41,040 nucleotides of DNA from Octopus bimaculoides. Lineage: Eukaryota. The DNA lies in the NCBI RefSeq assembly GCF_001194135.2, contig NC_068987.1, forward strand, positions 69,568,956 through 69,609,995. Reading direction: 5' to 3'. Made by a program: the position numbers and the translations under genes. The notes beneath the pieces were generated by a model. It saw only the letters and a program-made list of their open reading frames with translations, made no database searches and was not told where the DNA came from. Positions 1 to 11,960 of the stretch are shown in pieces (the first letter of the stretch is position 1; the number at the start of each line of letters is the position of its first letter).

Positions 1-10
1 GATGATGATG

Positions 11-42
<32 letters not shown>

Positions 43-154
43 GATGATGACGACAGCGACAGCGACGATGATGACGATTGTAATGGTGATGGTGATGATG
101 ATGATGATGATGATGATGTGTCATCGTCGTGATCATCATCATCATCATCACCAC

Positions 155-187
<33 letters not shown>

Positions 188-225
188 TATCATCATCATC
201 ATCAACCTCAACATCATGATAGTGG
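1..225. repeat. Compound (GAT)n then (CAT)n trinucleotide microsatellite with self-complementary halves
   Basis: GAT/GGT/GAC units run to about 120, then CAT/CAC/TAT units to about 200-225. The poly-Met/poly-His ORF at 2..256 is a by-product. Confidence 0.95.
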
Positions 226-264
226 TAGCTTAAAATGGGATTTCAGAAATGGTTGAGAGAGTGA

Positions 265-301
265 GGGAGAGAATGAGAGAATGAGAGAATGAGAGAGAGA
301 G

Positions 302-345
<44 letters not shown>

Positions 346-560
346 AGTTCTTGATAAAAGGAGAGTGCGTGAAATTGTGTGTATAAATGTATGTATGTTT
401 ATATATATATATTTATATCTTCATATCTTTTCCGCGCGTGAGGTCCTGTGTGGGTGCGTGCAAGTGAGAGTGTGTGTGTGTGTTTGTGTGTATGTGTGTG
501 TGTGTGTTTGTGTGTGTGCGTGCGTGTGTGTGTGTGTGTGCGCGTGATTGTGCCTCTGTT
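265..560. repeat. GAGAAT/(GA)n tract followed by (TA)n and (TG)n microsatellites
   Basis: Directly visible: (GA)n about 290-343 and (TG)n about 465-545. Confidence 0.9.
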
Positions 561-1271
561 ATATTGGAATAAGGAGAAAACTGAGAAATAGTGATGAGAA
601 AGTGGGAGAGGAATGTAAACATGTACGAGGCAATGCAAGAGAATGGCAGAGCAAGGGGAAAAGAGAGAGGTACTGAGAGAAAGAGAGAGGTACTAAGCGA
701 GCGAGTGAGTGAGTCAATGAGAGAGAGAGAGAGAGAGAGAGGGGAAGGAAGAGATAGAGCAAGAAACGGAGCTATTTTTTTTTTTTTAAGAAAAGCNNNN
801 NNNNNNGGAGAGAGGTAGAGGGTGTGAGTGAGATAAATAGAAATATAGAAAGACTGAGAGAAAGACTGAGAGAGAGAGAGAGAGAGAGAGAGGGGTGGGG
901 GAGTGGTAGTGAAAGATACAATTCAATAACTTAGAGAGAGTTACTTATAGGAAAATTGGAGAGAAATTTGAGGAATAAAGTTTGTGTGAGTGCTTAGCAA
1001 GATGTGCATATATGTGCATATAAGTGTGAGTATGTACGCGTGTGAGTGTGTGTGAGTGTTTGTGTGTGTGTGTGGGGGGGTTGTTATTTTGGGAAAGACT
1101 GTGACATCTCTCAATCACTGAACAGAAACGGTGTGTTAAATGAGTGAGTAAATCAAACATATATGTACATAGATAGATGCACATATTGAGATGGATAGAT
1201 AGATGGAAAGATAGATAGACAGAGAGACAGAACAACCTACACCCATATGTATATATATGCATACATACAAG

Positions 1272-1276
<5 letters not shown>

Positions 1277-1355
<79 letters not shown>
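1277..1355. repeat. (GA)n microsatellite
   Basis: Near-perfect AG dinucleotide run. Confidence 0.95.
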
Positions 1356-1357
<2 letters not shown>

Positions 1358-1524
1358 TAACAGAAAAAGTTAAGAAAATGCCGAGATATAGGTGAATGCA
1401 TAAAGAAAGAAATTGTTTGCTGGTTGGGGCAGAAAATATTGACGAAGTAAGACGAAAAGAAAGTGCAAAAAGTTAAAATCATTGTATGATAAGCAAGTAA
1501 CAGACACACACACACACACACACA

Positions 1525-1570
<46 letters not shown>

Positions 1571-1994
1571 ATGAGAGATACACACAGAGCGAGCGAGAGA
1601 GAGAGAGAGAGATGAAGGAGAAGAAGAGAGGCTGTCAAAGAAGTGAAAATTAATATAGATAGATTGGTAACTATAGCAGTAGATTAATAATCTGACAATG
1701 GGACAGACGAAAGAAAGGATGAAAGAAATAAAGAAATAGAGAAAGGAAGTAATGAAAAAGGAAGAGGAGGAGGAGGAAGAAGAAGAAAAGAAACTATGAT
1801 TGGTAAATTTATGGATCGATAGAAGAAAAGAAACAGAGTTTGAGTGAGGAATAGTGAAGGAGAGATTAAACTAAGTGTTAAAGAAAGACAGAGAGAGAGA
1901 GAGAGGCGGGGTAAGAGATAGTTAGAGAGTAATAGAAAGAGACAGAACTAGGGTGGAACAATAAACAAAGAATAGTGAGAGATAGATATTGAAA

Positions 1995-2042
<48 letters not shown>

Positions 2043-2439
2043 TGCGGAGAAAGACGAAGTATGAGAGGTAAACAAACCTATGTTTCCTTTCGTTTGCTCC
2101 ATATTGAAGAGCAACCACACGTTTATTTCAATAGCAGCAGACGACACAAGAAGTATCTTTCTTTTCCCCCTTCTTTCACTCTCTCTCTCTCACTTTACCC
2201 ATTCACTCACTCTCTCTCTCTCGCTCTCGGTCTCGCTCTCTCTCTCTCGCACAGTCGCTTTCTCTGTTCTGTCTCCCGTTCGTTTCTCCCGCCGTCATCC
2301 ATTCCCTGCTCTTCGTCTTCTTGCAAAAATCCCATTGGGCTTGGGCTGTCTTTTGTTATCTTTGCTACCGCCTGTGTTATTTTTACGGAAAGAGATTCAA
2401 CAAGAATGAAATGCATTTTGAGGGGAGGGGGAGTGGAAT

Positions 2440-2449
2440 ACACGAACAC

Positions 2450-2491
<42 letters not shown>

Positions 2492-2566
2492 ACGCATGCA
2501 TAGAGGCACATATGTGTGTGTGTGTGTGCATGTGTATGTAAATATGTATGTATGCATACATGTATG

Positions 2567-2598
<32 letters not shown>

Positions 2599-2747
2599 CA
2601 TGTATGTGTGTGTATGTATATATGTATGTACTTATGTATGTATGTGTGTGTGTGTATGCATGTATGTATGTATGTATGTATCTATGTATGTATGTTTGTG
2701 TATATCTGTATGTATGCTAATTGAACCTCGGCTCGGCGAGCTGTATG

Positions 2748-2780
<33 letters not shown>
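2440..2780. repeat. (CA)n followed by (TG)/(TATG)n compound microsatellite
   Basis: Visible runs. The YVCM/HTHT ORFs are artefacts of them. Confidence 0.9.
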
Positions 2781-2866
2781 ACTGCGTTTCCTTCTCATGA
2801 TTTCTATTCACTATTCTTGAATATATATATGCCGACACCTATGGAAGTGTTTGTATAACATACCTG

Positions 2867-2905
<39 letters not shown>

Positions 2906-3037
2906 AATGTGTGTGTGTGTGTCTGTATGAGTGTGCGTGTAGATAAATAGATAGATACATACATAATTACATACATACATATATATACATACAGCTCGCC
3001 GAGCCGAGGTTCAATTAGCATACACACAGATATACAC
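2698..3037. repeat. 70-bp inverted repeat (arms 2698-2767 and 2968-3037) with a 200-bp spacer
   Basis: The core GCTAATTGAACCTCGGCTCGGCGAGCTG (2716-2743) is the exact reverse complement of 2992-3019. The arms extend to 70 bp with one mismatch. Confidence 0.95.
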
Positions 3038-3829
3038 ATACATTTACATATGTTTGAATGAATGTGTAATGGTCCACAATCGCCAAAATATATGCAAATT
3101 ACTATGTATAGGGTGCATATACGTATGTGCGTGTGTGCCTATATGTGTGTTTGTTGGTGTTTATATACATACATATGTATATATGTCGATAAACATATAT
3201 GCATGTATGTATTATGCATCTATATATATGTATATATACATAGAAATGCTCGGGCACTTACAAATGTTATACGCAAACACGCATTCGTATAAACGCATAT
3301 GTTTATGTATAGGAAGATTTCTGGTTGTATATAGTCTAAATGCGCGTGCATGAATATATTCATACGTTTGTATGTGTAATAGTCAGCGCACGTATGGTGT
3401 ATAAAATGTATGCATGTGAGACAAGCTGTTCGTGTGTTTATAGACGTGTAGTTAGTTCAAACTCGTCTAAAGAATGTTTACGTTCGGGAAGTGTTTTGTC
3501 CTATCCTAGTCTTTGTCTCGCAATTATACTTACATAGGGGTGATTCTGCAGCGTATGTGTGTGCGTGTGAGTTTCCGTGTCCACGTACGTTGTGCACATG
3601 TATATATATATATATATATAAATATATAATTATACATGTGATGTATTTGTGTATATGCATATATTCCTTCATGTATATGTATGAAGTTTTATATTCTCAG
3701 TGCATCAAGGTGTTTGCATTTGCAAACGCTCCGGATTCTGCGAAAGCTTATTTCTTAAGCACTCCTGGCTAATAAATATATAAACAGGGGTGGATGTATA
3801 CTGCGTGTGTGAGTATATTCGTCTGAATG

Positions 3830-3991
3830 AGTACATACATACATACATACGTACATACATACATACATACATACGTACATACATACGTACATACGTACAT
3901 AAATACATACATACATACATACATACATACGTACATACATACATACATATATTCTGTTCTGTATTCCTTTTATTCTTTATTTCATTTTTCC
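3830..3991 (+). repeat. (TACA)n array plus 42-bp unique tail, copy 1 of a direct duplication
   Basis: The tail TATTCTGTTCTGTATTCCTTTTATTCTTTATTTCATTTTTCC (3950-3991) is identical to 4875-4916 and is followed by an N-gap. Confidence 0.9.
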
Positions 3992-4654
3992 NNNNNNNNN
4001 NNNNNNNNNNNNNNNNNNNNNNNNNNNNNNNNNNNNNNNNNNNNNNNNNNNNNNNNNNNNNNNNNNNNNNNNNNNNNNNNNNNNNNNNNNNNNNNNNNNN
4101 NNNNNNNNNNNNNNNNNNNNNNNNNNNNNNNNNNNNNNNNNNNNNNNNNNNNNNNNNNNNNNNNNNNNNNNNNNNNNNNNNNNNNNNNNNNNNNNNNNNN
4201 NNNNNNNNNNNNNNNNNNNNNNNNNNNNNNNNNNNNNNNNNNNNNNNNNNNNNNNNNNNNNNNNNNNNNNNNNNNNNNNNNNNNNNNNNNNNNNNNNNNN
4301 NNNNNNNNNNNNNGCTGCATCTTTACATATACGTTTCTGTCTCTAACCCACTCATAACACAAAGATTCAAATACCTTGTATCTTTCTCTCCCTCACTCTT
4401 TCTTACTCTCTCCACTCTCTGTCTCTGGCTCAGTCTCTCTCCCTCTCTACCTCTCTCCCGCTCCTTCCTCTCTTTCTCTTTCTTTCTCTCTCTCTCCCTC
4501 CGTTGTCAGTGCTTTACTTCACTTACCTCTCTTACCCTCATAATTCTCTCTTTTACACTTTAAATTCTTTTCACTTTTTGTTTATGCATTTTTATTTCCT
4601 TTTCATCCTTATTTCCGCGTGCGTGTGTGTGTCTGTGTGTATACCTACACATAT

Positions 4655-4916
4655 ATGTTCGTACATACGTACATACATACATACATAGTACATACATACA
4701 TACATACGTACATACATACATACATACATACATACGTACATACATACACACATACATACATACATACATACATACATACGTACATACATACACACATACG
4801 TACATAAATACATACATACATACATACATACATACATACATACATACATACGTACATACATACATACATACATATATTCTGTTCTGTATTCCTTTTATTC
4901 TTTATTTCATTTTTCC
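4655..4916 (+). repeat. (TACA)n array plus 42-bp unique tail, copy 2 of a direct duplication
   Basis: It has the same TACG and CATAAATA interruptions and the same tail as copy 1, and an N-gap follows shortly after. Confidence 0.9.
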
Positions 4917-7010
4917 GTGTTTGTTTATGCCGCATCTTGCCTAGNNNNNNNNNNNNNNNNNNNNNNNNNNNNNNNNNNNNNNNNNNNNNNNNNNNNNNNN
5001 NNNNNNNNNNNNNNNNNNNNNNNNNNNNNNNNNNNNNNNNNNNNNNNNNNNNNNNNNNNNNNNNNNNNNNNNNNNNNNNNNNNNNNNNNNNNNNNNNNNN
5101 NNNNNNNNNNNNNNNNNNNNNNNNNNNNNNNNNNNNNNNNNNNNNNNNNNNNNNNNNNNNNNNNNNNNNNNNNNNNNNNNNNNNNNNNNNNNNNNNNNNN
5201 NNNNNNNNNNNNNNNNNNNNNNNNNNNNNNNNNNNNNNNNNNNNNNNNNNNNNNNNNNNNNNNNNNNNNNNNNNNNNNNNNNNNNNNNNNNNNNNNNNNN
5301 NNNNNTAGGAAACATGTCTGTAAGAAATGTCAGAGATTTTCTTTTGCTTTAATGTTTATTGTTGTTGTTAGTTAATGGTTTTAACATTTTTTTTTTGTTT
5401 TTGTTTTTGTTGTTTATTTGTTTTCTGCTTTGTACTTTAATGTTTTGTTACTGCTTTGTTGTTGTTTATATTTTTTGCTGATGATGTTGCTGTTGTCATT
5501 GCTAGTATCGTTCAACGTGGCTGTTTAACTGTACAATTTGCAAGAGATTGTTTTCCTTACTGATGTCTAATAATGTTTGATATAATTTTCGCTGTTCGTT
5601 CGTTGATGTTGTTGTCGTTCTTCTTCGTTGCTTTCGCCCAAGGCCAAGCGAAACTGCCAAAAATGGTTCCATCAATGACCATCCTGTTCTAAGAAATTCT
5701 ATGTATGTGTGCAAGTGTGTGTACATATGTGTGTGTACGTGTGAGGTGTGTGTGTGTGCATGTGAACGCATGTTCAATGCTTCACTCAATCATAAACGCA
5801 ATAGGGTGTGATCTGAGGTATATTTGATTATTGCTTCTAGCAAAGAAGCTTCTCGCGGTGGCTATGCTGTTGTTCAGTTGCAGGGCAATCTGGCTCAGGA
5901 AGACCTACGGTGGAAAGTATTCCGGGGTATGATTTTCAAGTCTATATTGCCTAATGTGCATCCTTCTCTTTTGAAGACGATGAAATATGATGCGATAATG
6001 ATGTGACTGTTATTTCTGTTATGTCAAGAGAGTACATACATATTCTCTTCCTAGCTCGTACGGTCGTTATTGTGGTTCTCGATATAATTGTCAATTATTA
6101 CTGTCATTATAGCGTAAATGTTGATGTTGTTATTTAATCAATTGCCGGCCTATGACCAAAAGCATTCCAAACGTATGTAAGTAGAATATTTTTACTGATG
6201 AGCTTTAATAAGACGGAAACATATCCGGTACTTTCGTCGGTTGCGTTATTCACTCCAGTCTGCATTATCTGTATTGGTAAAAGTGACGAATATTGGTACG
6301 ATCGGTTGATGACAGTTTAGGGGGGTTCATTCACAAGGCTAAATGTTCATCTCTAGCCAAGTCAATGCTGTCCGCAGAGTTGGTAAAGTAAGTGTTAACC
6401 CTGTTTGCGTAATGAGTGATTTAAATTGATTTGTTTGCCAGATTTTTATCGGGCTCGTTTGCTTGTTTTTTTTTTCTTTTACTTTGTTTTGATTTGTGTA
6501 GCTGAATCGCCTTCCTGTGCCCCCTTTGTAAAAATATTGTAGGGTGTGATTTGGCTGGTATTTCTAGCACAGCCAATGCACTAGATGTAACTAATTCGAT
6601 AATTTTCCAGTATTTTACAAATGCATGCTCCATCCACACGTGCACAAGATTATATTTTTGGCTAATATAGCAGAGAGTTGTTAGAATCATGAGAATCGGA
6701 CAAATTGCGTCATGGTATTTAGTTCCACTGGTTTACGCAATGCATTTAAAATCTACCGAATCTAAACAGTTTCAAACATTTTAACCATTATTGAGCCGAC
6801 AAAATAATATCAGTGACCAACTGTGAGAAGCATAATCAACTATATCCCTCCTACAAAAGGTGTTTAATCAAAGGAAGAAATAGGGAAACAAAAAAGGAAT
6901 AACAACGATTCAACAAAGCTACTCAAATCATTTAACCTTCTTAGCTAAACAAAATACCAGTATTATACCACGGTATATATAGATAAACATCTCAATTGTA
7001 ATAATTGGTA

Positions 7011-7061
<51 letters not shown>
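7011..7061. repeat. (CAT)17 microsatellite
   Basis: Perfect run. Confidence 0.95.
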
Positions 7062-8361
7062 AATTTTTACTGGTGCGCTTGCTTTAGCAGTGGATTTCGT
7101 TTCTTTAGCCAATGATACTTTTTATTGATTTGAAGGTGTTAGCTGTTGTTGTTTTTTTTTTTATTGAAGCTGCTATCAGTGCTTGATACTACAAATGTTG
7201 TTATCATTATTATTTGTTTTAATCGTTATGGAAGTGGTGTAGTTAACGCTAAGCACATTTTTTTTTAATTTACGAAAGCTGCTGCTGTTTATTGTAGTTG
7301 TTTTGTTTATATTATTTCAGTTGTTGCAATGGCATTCAGATTTCGGGTTTTCCTTTATTCCCTTACTTCTCTTGTTTCTGGCTATTATTAACCCTTTTAA
7401 AAGTATTATGTCCATGTCTCCTCATTAACATGGGAAACACACTCCTAGAATGCAGCCTGCGTATACAAGGGCTGCATCTGTTATGAGCAGAGTTAAAACA
7501 TACTTGATAACCCGAACAAACAGGTATAAAATATAAAACATATATCCACGCCGCCATCTTTAGCACCAATGCCTTCTACAATGACGGTGTCGCCATCATC
7601 CTTATTATTTCTTTTAATATTTCTTTATTAAATACACGCAGACATTCTGCATGAAATAAGAGTCGCAGCTACTCATAAACAGGCATATATGAAAACACGC
7701 AAGCACGTACACTAACACACACATACACACACATACACGCTCACACAGACACACAGACACACACACTCACACAGACACACACACAGACACACACACACGC
7801 ACACACACACACACACACACGTACACACAGGCGCTTACACACATGGATACTCAGATACACGTACCCACTACTATTCTTGTAGATTTGAAGAAAGATATAA
7901 TAGCATTATTGGTAAATGAATTTACGTACGTAAAGATGTGTATGTTTGTGTGTGTGTGTACGCGTGCATAAACACATATACACCCGCACACACAGAAACG
8001 CACACAACACACAGACATATAAATTATTCCTTTCAATCTTCAATTGGTTCCGGTCACTTAACTGTCGCTCTGATAGTAGAGTACAGCATAGCCTTTTGTT
8101 TTTTGTGATTACGCCAACCACCTCGAAAATTTTAAGAAGGTGAAAAGCAACTTAGAACTGTTCGAGTTCACTGTACAGACTGATACATATACGCACATAT
8201 ATGAACATAATCGCGCGCTGGCGACACAGGCATGTATTTTTCGGGATATTTGTGTATTCGTGAGCTAATGTTTATGGCTATACTCGTGGTTGTATATGTT
8301 CGAGTATGTTTGTGTATTTGCTTGTATTTTAGATCTTCATTACGCTCTAAGATGTAATTCC

Positions 8362-8689
8362 TTATGCTGCCAACGAAACCATTGAAAATATCTTCAAAAC
8401 TGTTTCGAAAAGATCCGCAGCCCATTCAGAATATTCTCTAAACAATATACACAAGATTTCCAGGACAACAACAACGGACAATTTCTCAGCACACATTCTA
8501 AATCGCATTGGCAAACTTTCCAGCGTGAAACTCATTGTACCATTGCGCCAATGAAAATTAAACGGTGTCTTGCGAAAGCTTAAGAAATTCAGATATACGT
8601 AAGCATGCGTGAAATACACAATAACTATAATACAATATATTTTGAGTAAAACTGCAATAACACCAATCCGGGCATCAGAAATCCCAGTT
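8362..8689 (-). CDS. Weak candidate terminal coding exon (108 aa, hydrophobic, unidentified)
   Basis: On the minus strand CTGAC-TTCTTTTTCTACAG gives a branch point, pyrimidine tract and acceptor ending at 8690. The frame TGISDARIGVIAVLLKIYCIIVIVYF...KIFSMVSLAA is open to TAA. I recognise no homology. Confidence 0.15.
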
Positions 8690-9254
8690 CTGTAGAAAAA
8701 GAAGTCAGCCATAGCAGAAAACTGGGAAAAGCATTTCAATCAAGATCTAAATCCATTTCATATAGCAATCATGGATAATTTCATGAAATATCAGTCATTC
8801 ATCACTGTGACTACATATCAACTCTTGCTGAAGTTAGTTTTGCATTCGGAAACATGATCAAGAAATATCTTGGTCGTAGCACTATAACAACAGTTAGTTT
8901 ATTTCTGTGTCAGGAGGATTTTACAGAAACGAGGAACAAAATGCATATACGTCAACATTGCAAGGATGTAAGCATAGCTACTATCTTTAAAAAAAAAGGG
9001 GGCACAGCACATCAGTTTATTGTGGGAGGGGTCTAGCCAACAACATGCTCAATAGATTATTCCAATCAGTATCACAAGCAATAAAACTCATGTCACATTT
9101 GGGGAACATTAAGGATTGGGATATCATCAGATGGTCCAAAAATATTGGATAAGACGGAATCGATGGACAATTATAAGCAAATCAAATATCGTCTATCTTT
9201 CTATCAATGTATCTTATTGTAAATACATATACAGCCCTAAAGTTTTCATGCTAG

Positions 9255-9385
9255 ATTCGCATTTACTTGATGCTTCAAATCCAGTACGCAGTACCTTTGG
9301 ATCAACTACCGCCACCTACAGCGTCAGGATCACTCAGCAAAGTTTTATAAGTGAAGTTTGACAGATGGAAACTTTACAAAGGACA
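9255..9385 (+). mobile_element. Heavily diverged fragment of the tRNA-derived SINE head/body
   Basis: TTCAAATCCAGTACGCAGTACCTTTGG...AAGTGAAGTTTGACAGATGGAAACT aligns loosely by eye to the reverse complement of 9845-9945. Confidence 0.4.
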
Positions 9386-9600
9386 AATGACAAGATATAA
9401 CAAGCCAGACTACCAGTCAGTCAACCAGTCCGCTATGCATGTTTGTGTGTTTCTATGTATGTATGTATGTATGTATGTATGTATGTATGTATGTATGTAT
9501 GTATGTGAACTGTGACCATCTCCGCATCACTTCACTATCTCTTTCACATACACTCATGCACACAGATATCTATATACATAGGTATTCTTTTCTTCTTTTC

Positions 9601-9999
9601 TTCTTTCACTTGTTTCAGTCATTTAACTGCCACCATGCTGGAGCACCGCCTTTAGCCGAAGAAATCGACCCAAGGACTTATTCCTTGTAAGCCTAGAACT
9701 TATTCTATCGGTGTCTTTTGCCGAACTTCTAAGTTACGGATACGTAAACACCAACATCGTTTGTCAAGCGATGGTAGGGGGACAAACACAGACACACAAA
9801 CATATACATATATGTGTGTGTGCGTATGTGTATACGACGAGCTTCTTTCAGATTCCGTCTACCAAATCCACTCACAAAGCTTTGGTCAGCCCGAGGCTAT
9901 AGTAGAAGACACTTGCCCAAGGTGCCACGCAGTGGGACTGATCCCGGAACAATGTGGTTGGTAAGCAGGCTACTTATCACACAGCTGTCCCTGCGCCTA
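9601..9999 (-). mobile_element. Composite octopus-type tRNA-derived SINE (head 9830-9999, internal CA/TA/TG microsatellite, 3' part 9601-9790)
   Basis: The minus strand begins TAGGCGCAGG..GCTGTGTGATAAG (A-box-like) and has CCGGGATCAGTCCC (B-box-like, 9934-9947), then a CORE-like GCACCTTGGGCAAGTG. It ends ...GGTGCTCCAGCATGG..CAGTTAAATGACTGAAACAAGTGAAAGA. It matches the abundant Octopus SINE as I recall it, and a second partial copy lies at 19714. Confidence 0.9.
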
Positions 10000-10401
10000 T
10001 ATAGATATCCAAAGTGAATAAAAGGTAATAAGGTGGATTGTATCAGGAATTCGAAAAGGCACAGGCTTGTCACTCATTTGTCATGTAGATTCTGCTTGAG
10101 AACAATCTATGATGTGAACATGTCTGAGGACTCATCATCGACCTGCATATTAATTCAGGAGGTGATAATTCAATTGATTGCACAACTGAATCCTCGTCGT
10201 TGAACGATGGAGATCCACTGAACATATATACTGAAATACACACGCACATTTATGTATGTGATTCCGTATATATATATATATATATATACATATNNNNNNN
10301 NNNNNNNNNNNNNNNNNNNNNNNNNNNNNNNNNNNNNNNNNNNNNNNNNNNNNNNNNNNNNNNNNNNNNNNNNNNNNNNNNNNNNNNNNNNNNNNNNNNN
10401 N

Positions 10402-10457
<56 letters not shown>

Positions 10458-10739
10458 TACAGAGACAGAGAGACAGAGACAGACAGACAGACAGATAGTT
10501 ATGTGTGTGTGTATTCCCATAGATGTGCTTGCAAGTACCTAAGCATATGCTTCTATTTTTGTCTAAGTTTATCTGAAGTGGGAGGAAAAGAAAAGAAACT
10601 AATGTGTGTATTTGTACATGTGTCTGTGCTTGTGTCTCTTTGTGTGTCTATGCATTTGTGAGTGATTGTGTCTATGCAATATTCAATAGTTCAGCAACAC
10701 GCTTTGTCCATTGACCCTTACCGACGTAGATTTTTCTGT

Positions 10740-11960
10740 ATTCTTCACACTCCGCTAACTATTCTCCTCCCATTCTCACGACATATTTCTTTCTTTCTCT
10801 CCTTCTTCCTTTCATTCTTCCTTTCTTTCTTCCTTTCTTTCTCTTTTTCTCTTGTCTTCCTTTACACTGCTTTTCTTTCGTTTTTCCTTTTTTTTGTCTT
10901 TTCTTTCCCTGTCTGTCTACCCCCTCTCTCAATTTCTTCTCCCTTCTCTCTCTGTCTTTCTCTCTGTTGCTCACATCGTAACACCCGCCCCCTTTCTTCT
11001 TTCACTTTCCTTCTTTCACTTTCCTTCTTTCACTTTCCTTTTTTCGTTTCCCTTTCTTTCTCCTCTTAGTTTTACGTACATCTGCCAATCTACCTGTCTT
11101 CTATCCACTTTTCTACCAGGCTATCAATCTACCAAACTATCTACTTATCTACCTAGCAATCTACTTACTCCCTTCCCCCTTCCTCCCTCCTCTCCCAACC
11201 TAACTACCTACCAACATACATACATGCATACATACATACATACATACATACATACATACATGCATACATACATAAGCATATATAGTTTCCACTCTTTCTC
11301 TCTCTCCTTTTCCTTCTCTTCATTCTCTCTAATTTAATTTTCAGAATCTTAGTTCTTCGTACTTTCTTTCTCAATCTCTTGATATATGTGTGGGTGTGTA
11401 TTTAATTATGATTGTATGTATATACGTATGTATGTATATGATGAAAAGCTGTTGGCATTCATAGAACTATACACACACACACATATAATAATTCATATAA
11501 ATATAAGTATATATATATATTTTTGTATTTCCATGTCTATCTGTCTCTATCTCGCATACTCTCTCAGTCCCCTCTCCTCTTCCTTTCACTCTCTGCTATG
11601 CATATACACAACCATATTCATTTCTAGCATTGCTTTATTCCTCTAACACGACCACATTTTCTCTTTCTCATATTCCTATTCATCGCCTTTAAGTTGTATT
11701 TCATCCTTATTATCTCATACCCTCACATTTACATTTCTTTCGTTCTCTCTTCTTCTCAATCTCTCCCTCACTCTTTCTCCTTTTCCCAAGCTCTCACGTC
11801 CTCTCTACGTTTGTTCATTTATCTTACCACCTTCTCTCTCTATCTCTCACCCCATCACTCTTTCTCATTCTATCCCTACATCTATCTCTGATTCGTATAC
11901 TTCGCTCACCTCCCCCTCCTCCTCTTCTCATACTCTGACTTTCAGTATTTCGTAATAAAT
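10740..11960. repeat. Long pyrimidine-rich low-complexity domain with TTTC/TC, CTAT/CTAC and CATA units
   Basis: Strong C/T bias on the + strand over about 1.2 kb. Confidence 0.8.

Noticed and set aside
365-5375. Many ORFs of the YVCM/HTYI/RERE/SLSL type
   Set aside because: They are translations of di- and tetranucleotide microsatellites or read through N-gaps, and carry no coding signal.
5841-5926. AG/GT-bounded segment reading KKLLAVAMLLFSCRAIW or QRSFSRWLCCCS
   Set aside because: All three frames are open, the splice sites are only moderate, and no homology is recognised.
9930-9999. tRNA-like A/B boxes here and at 25805 and 26327
   Set aside because: They are SINE heads followed by SINE bodies with no cloverleaf, so they are not tRNA genes.
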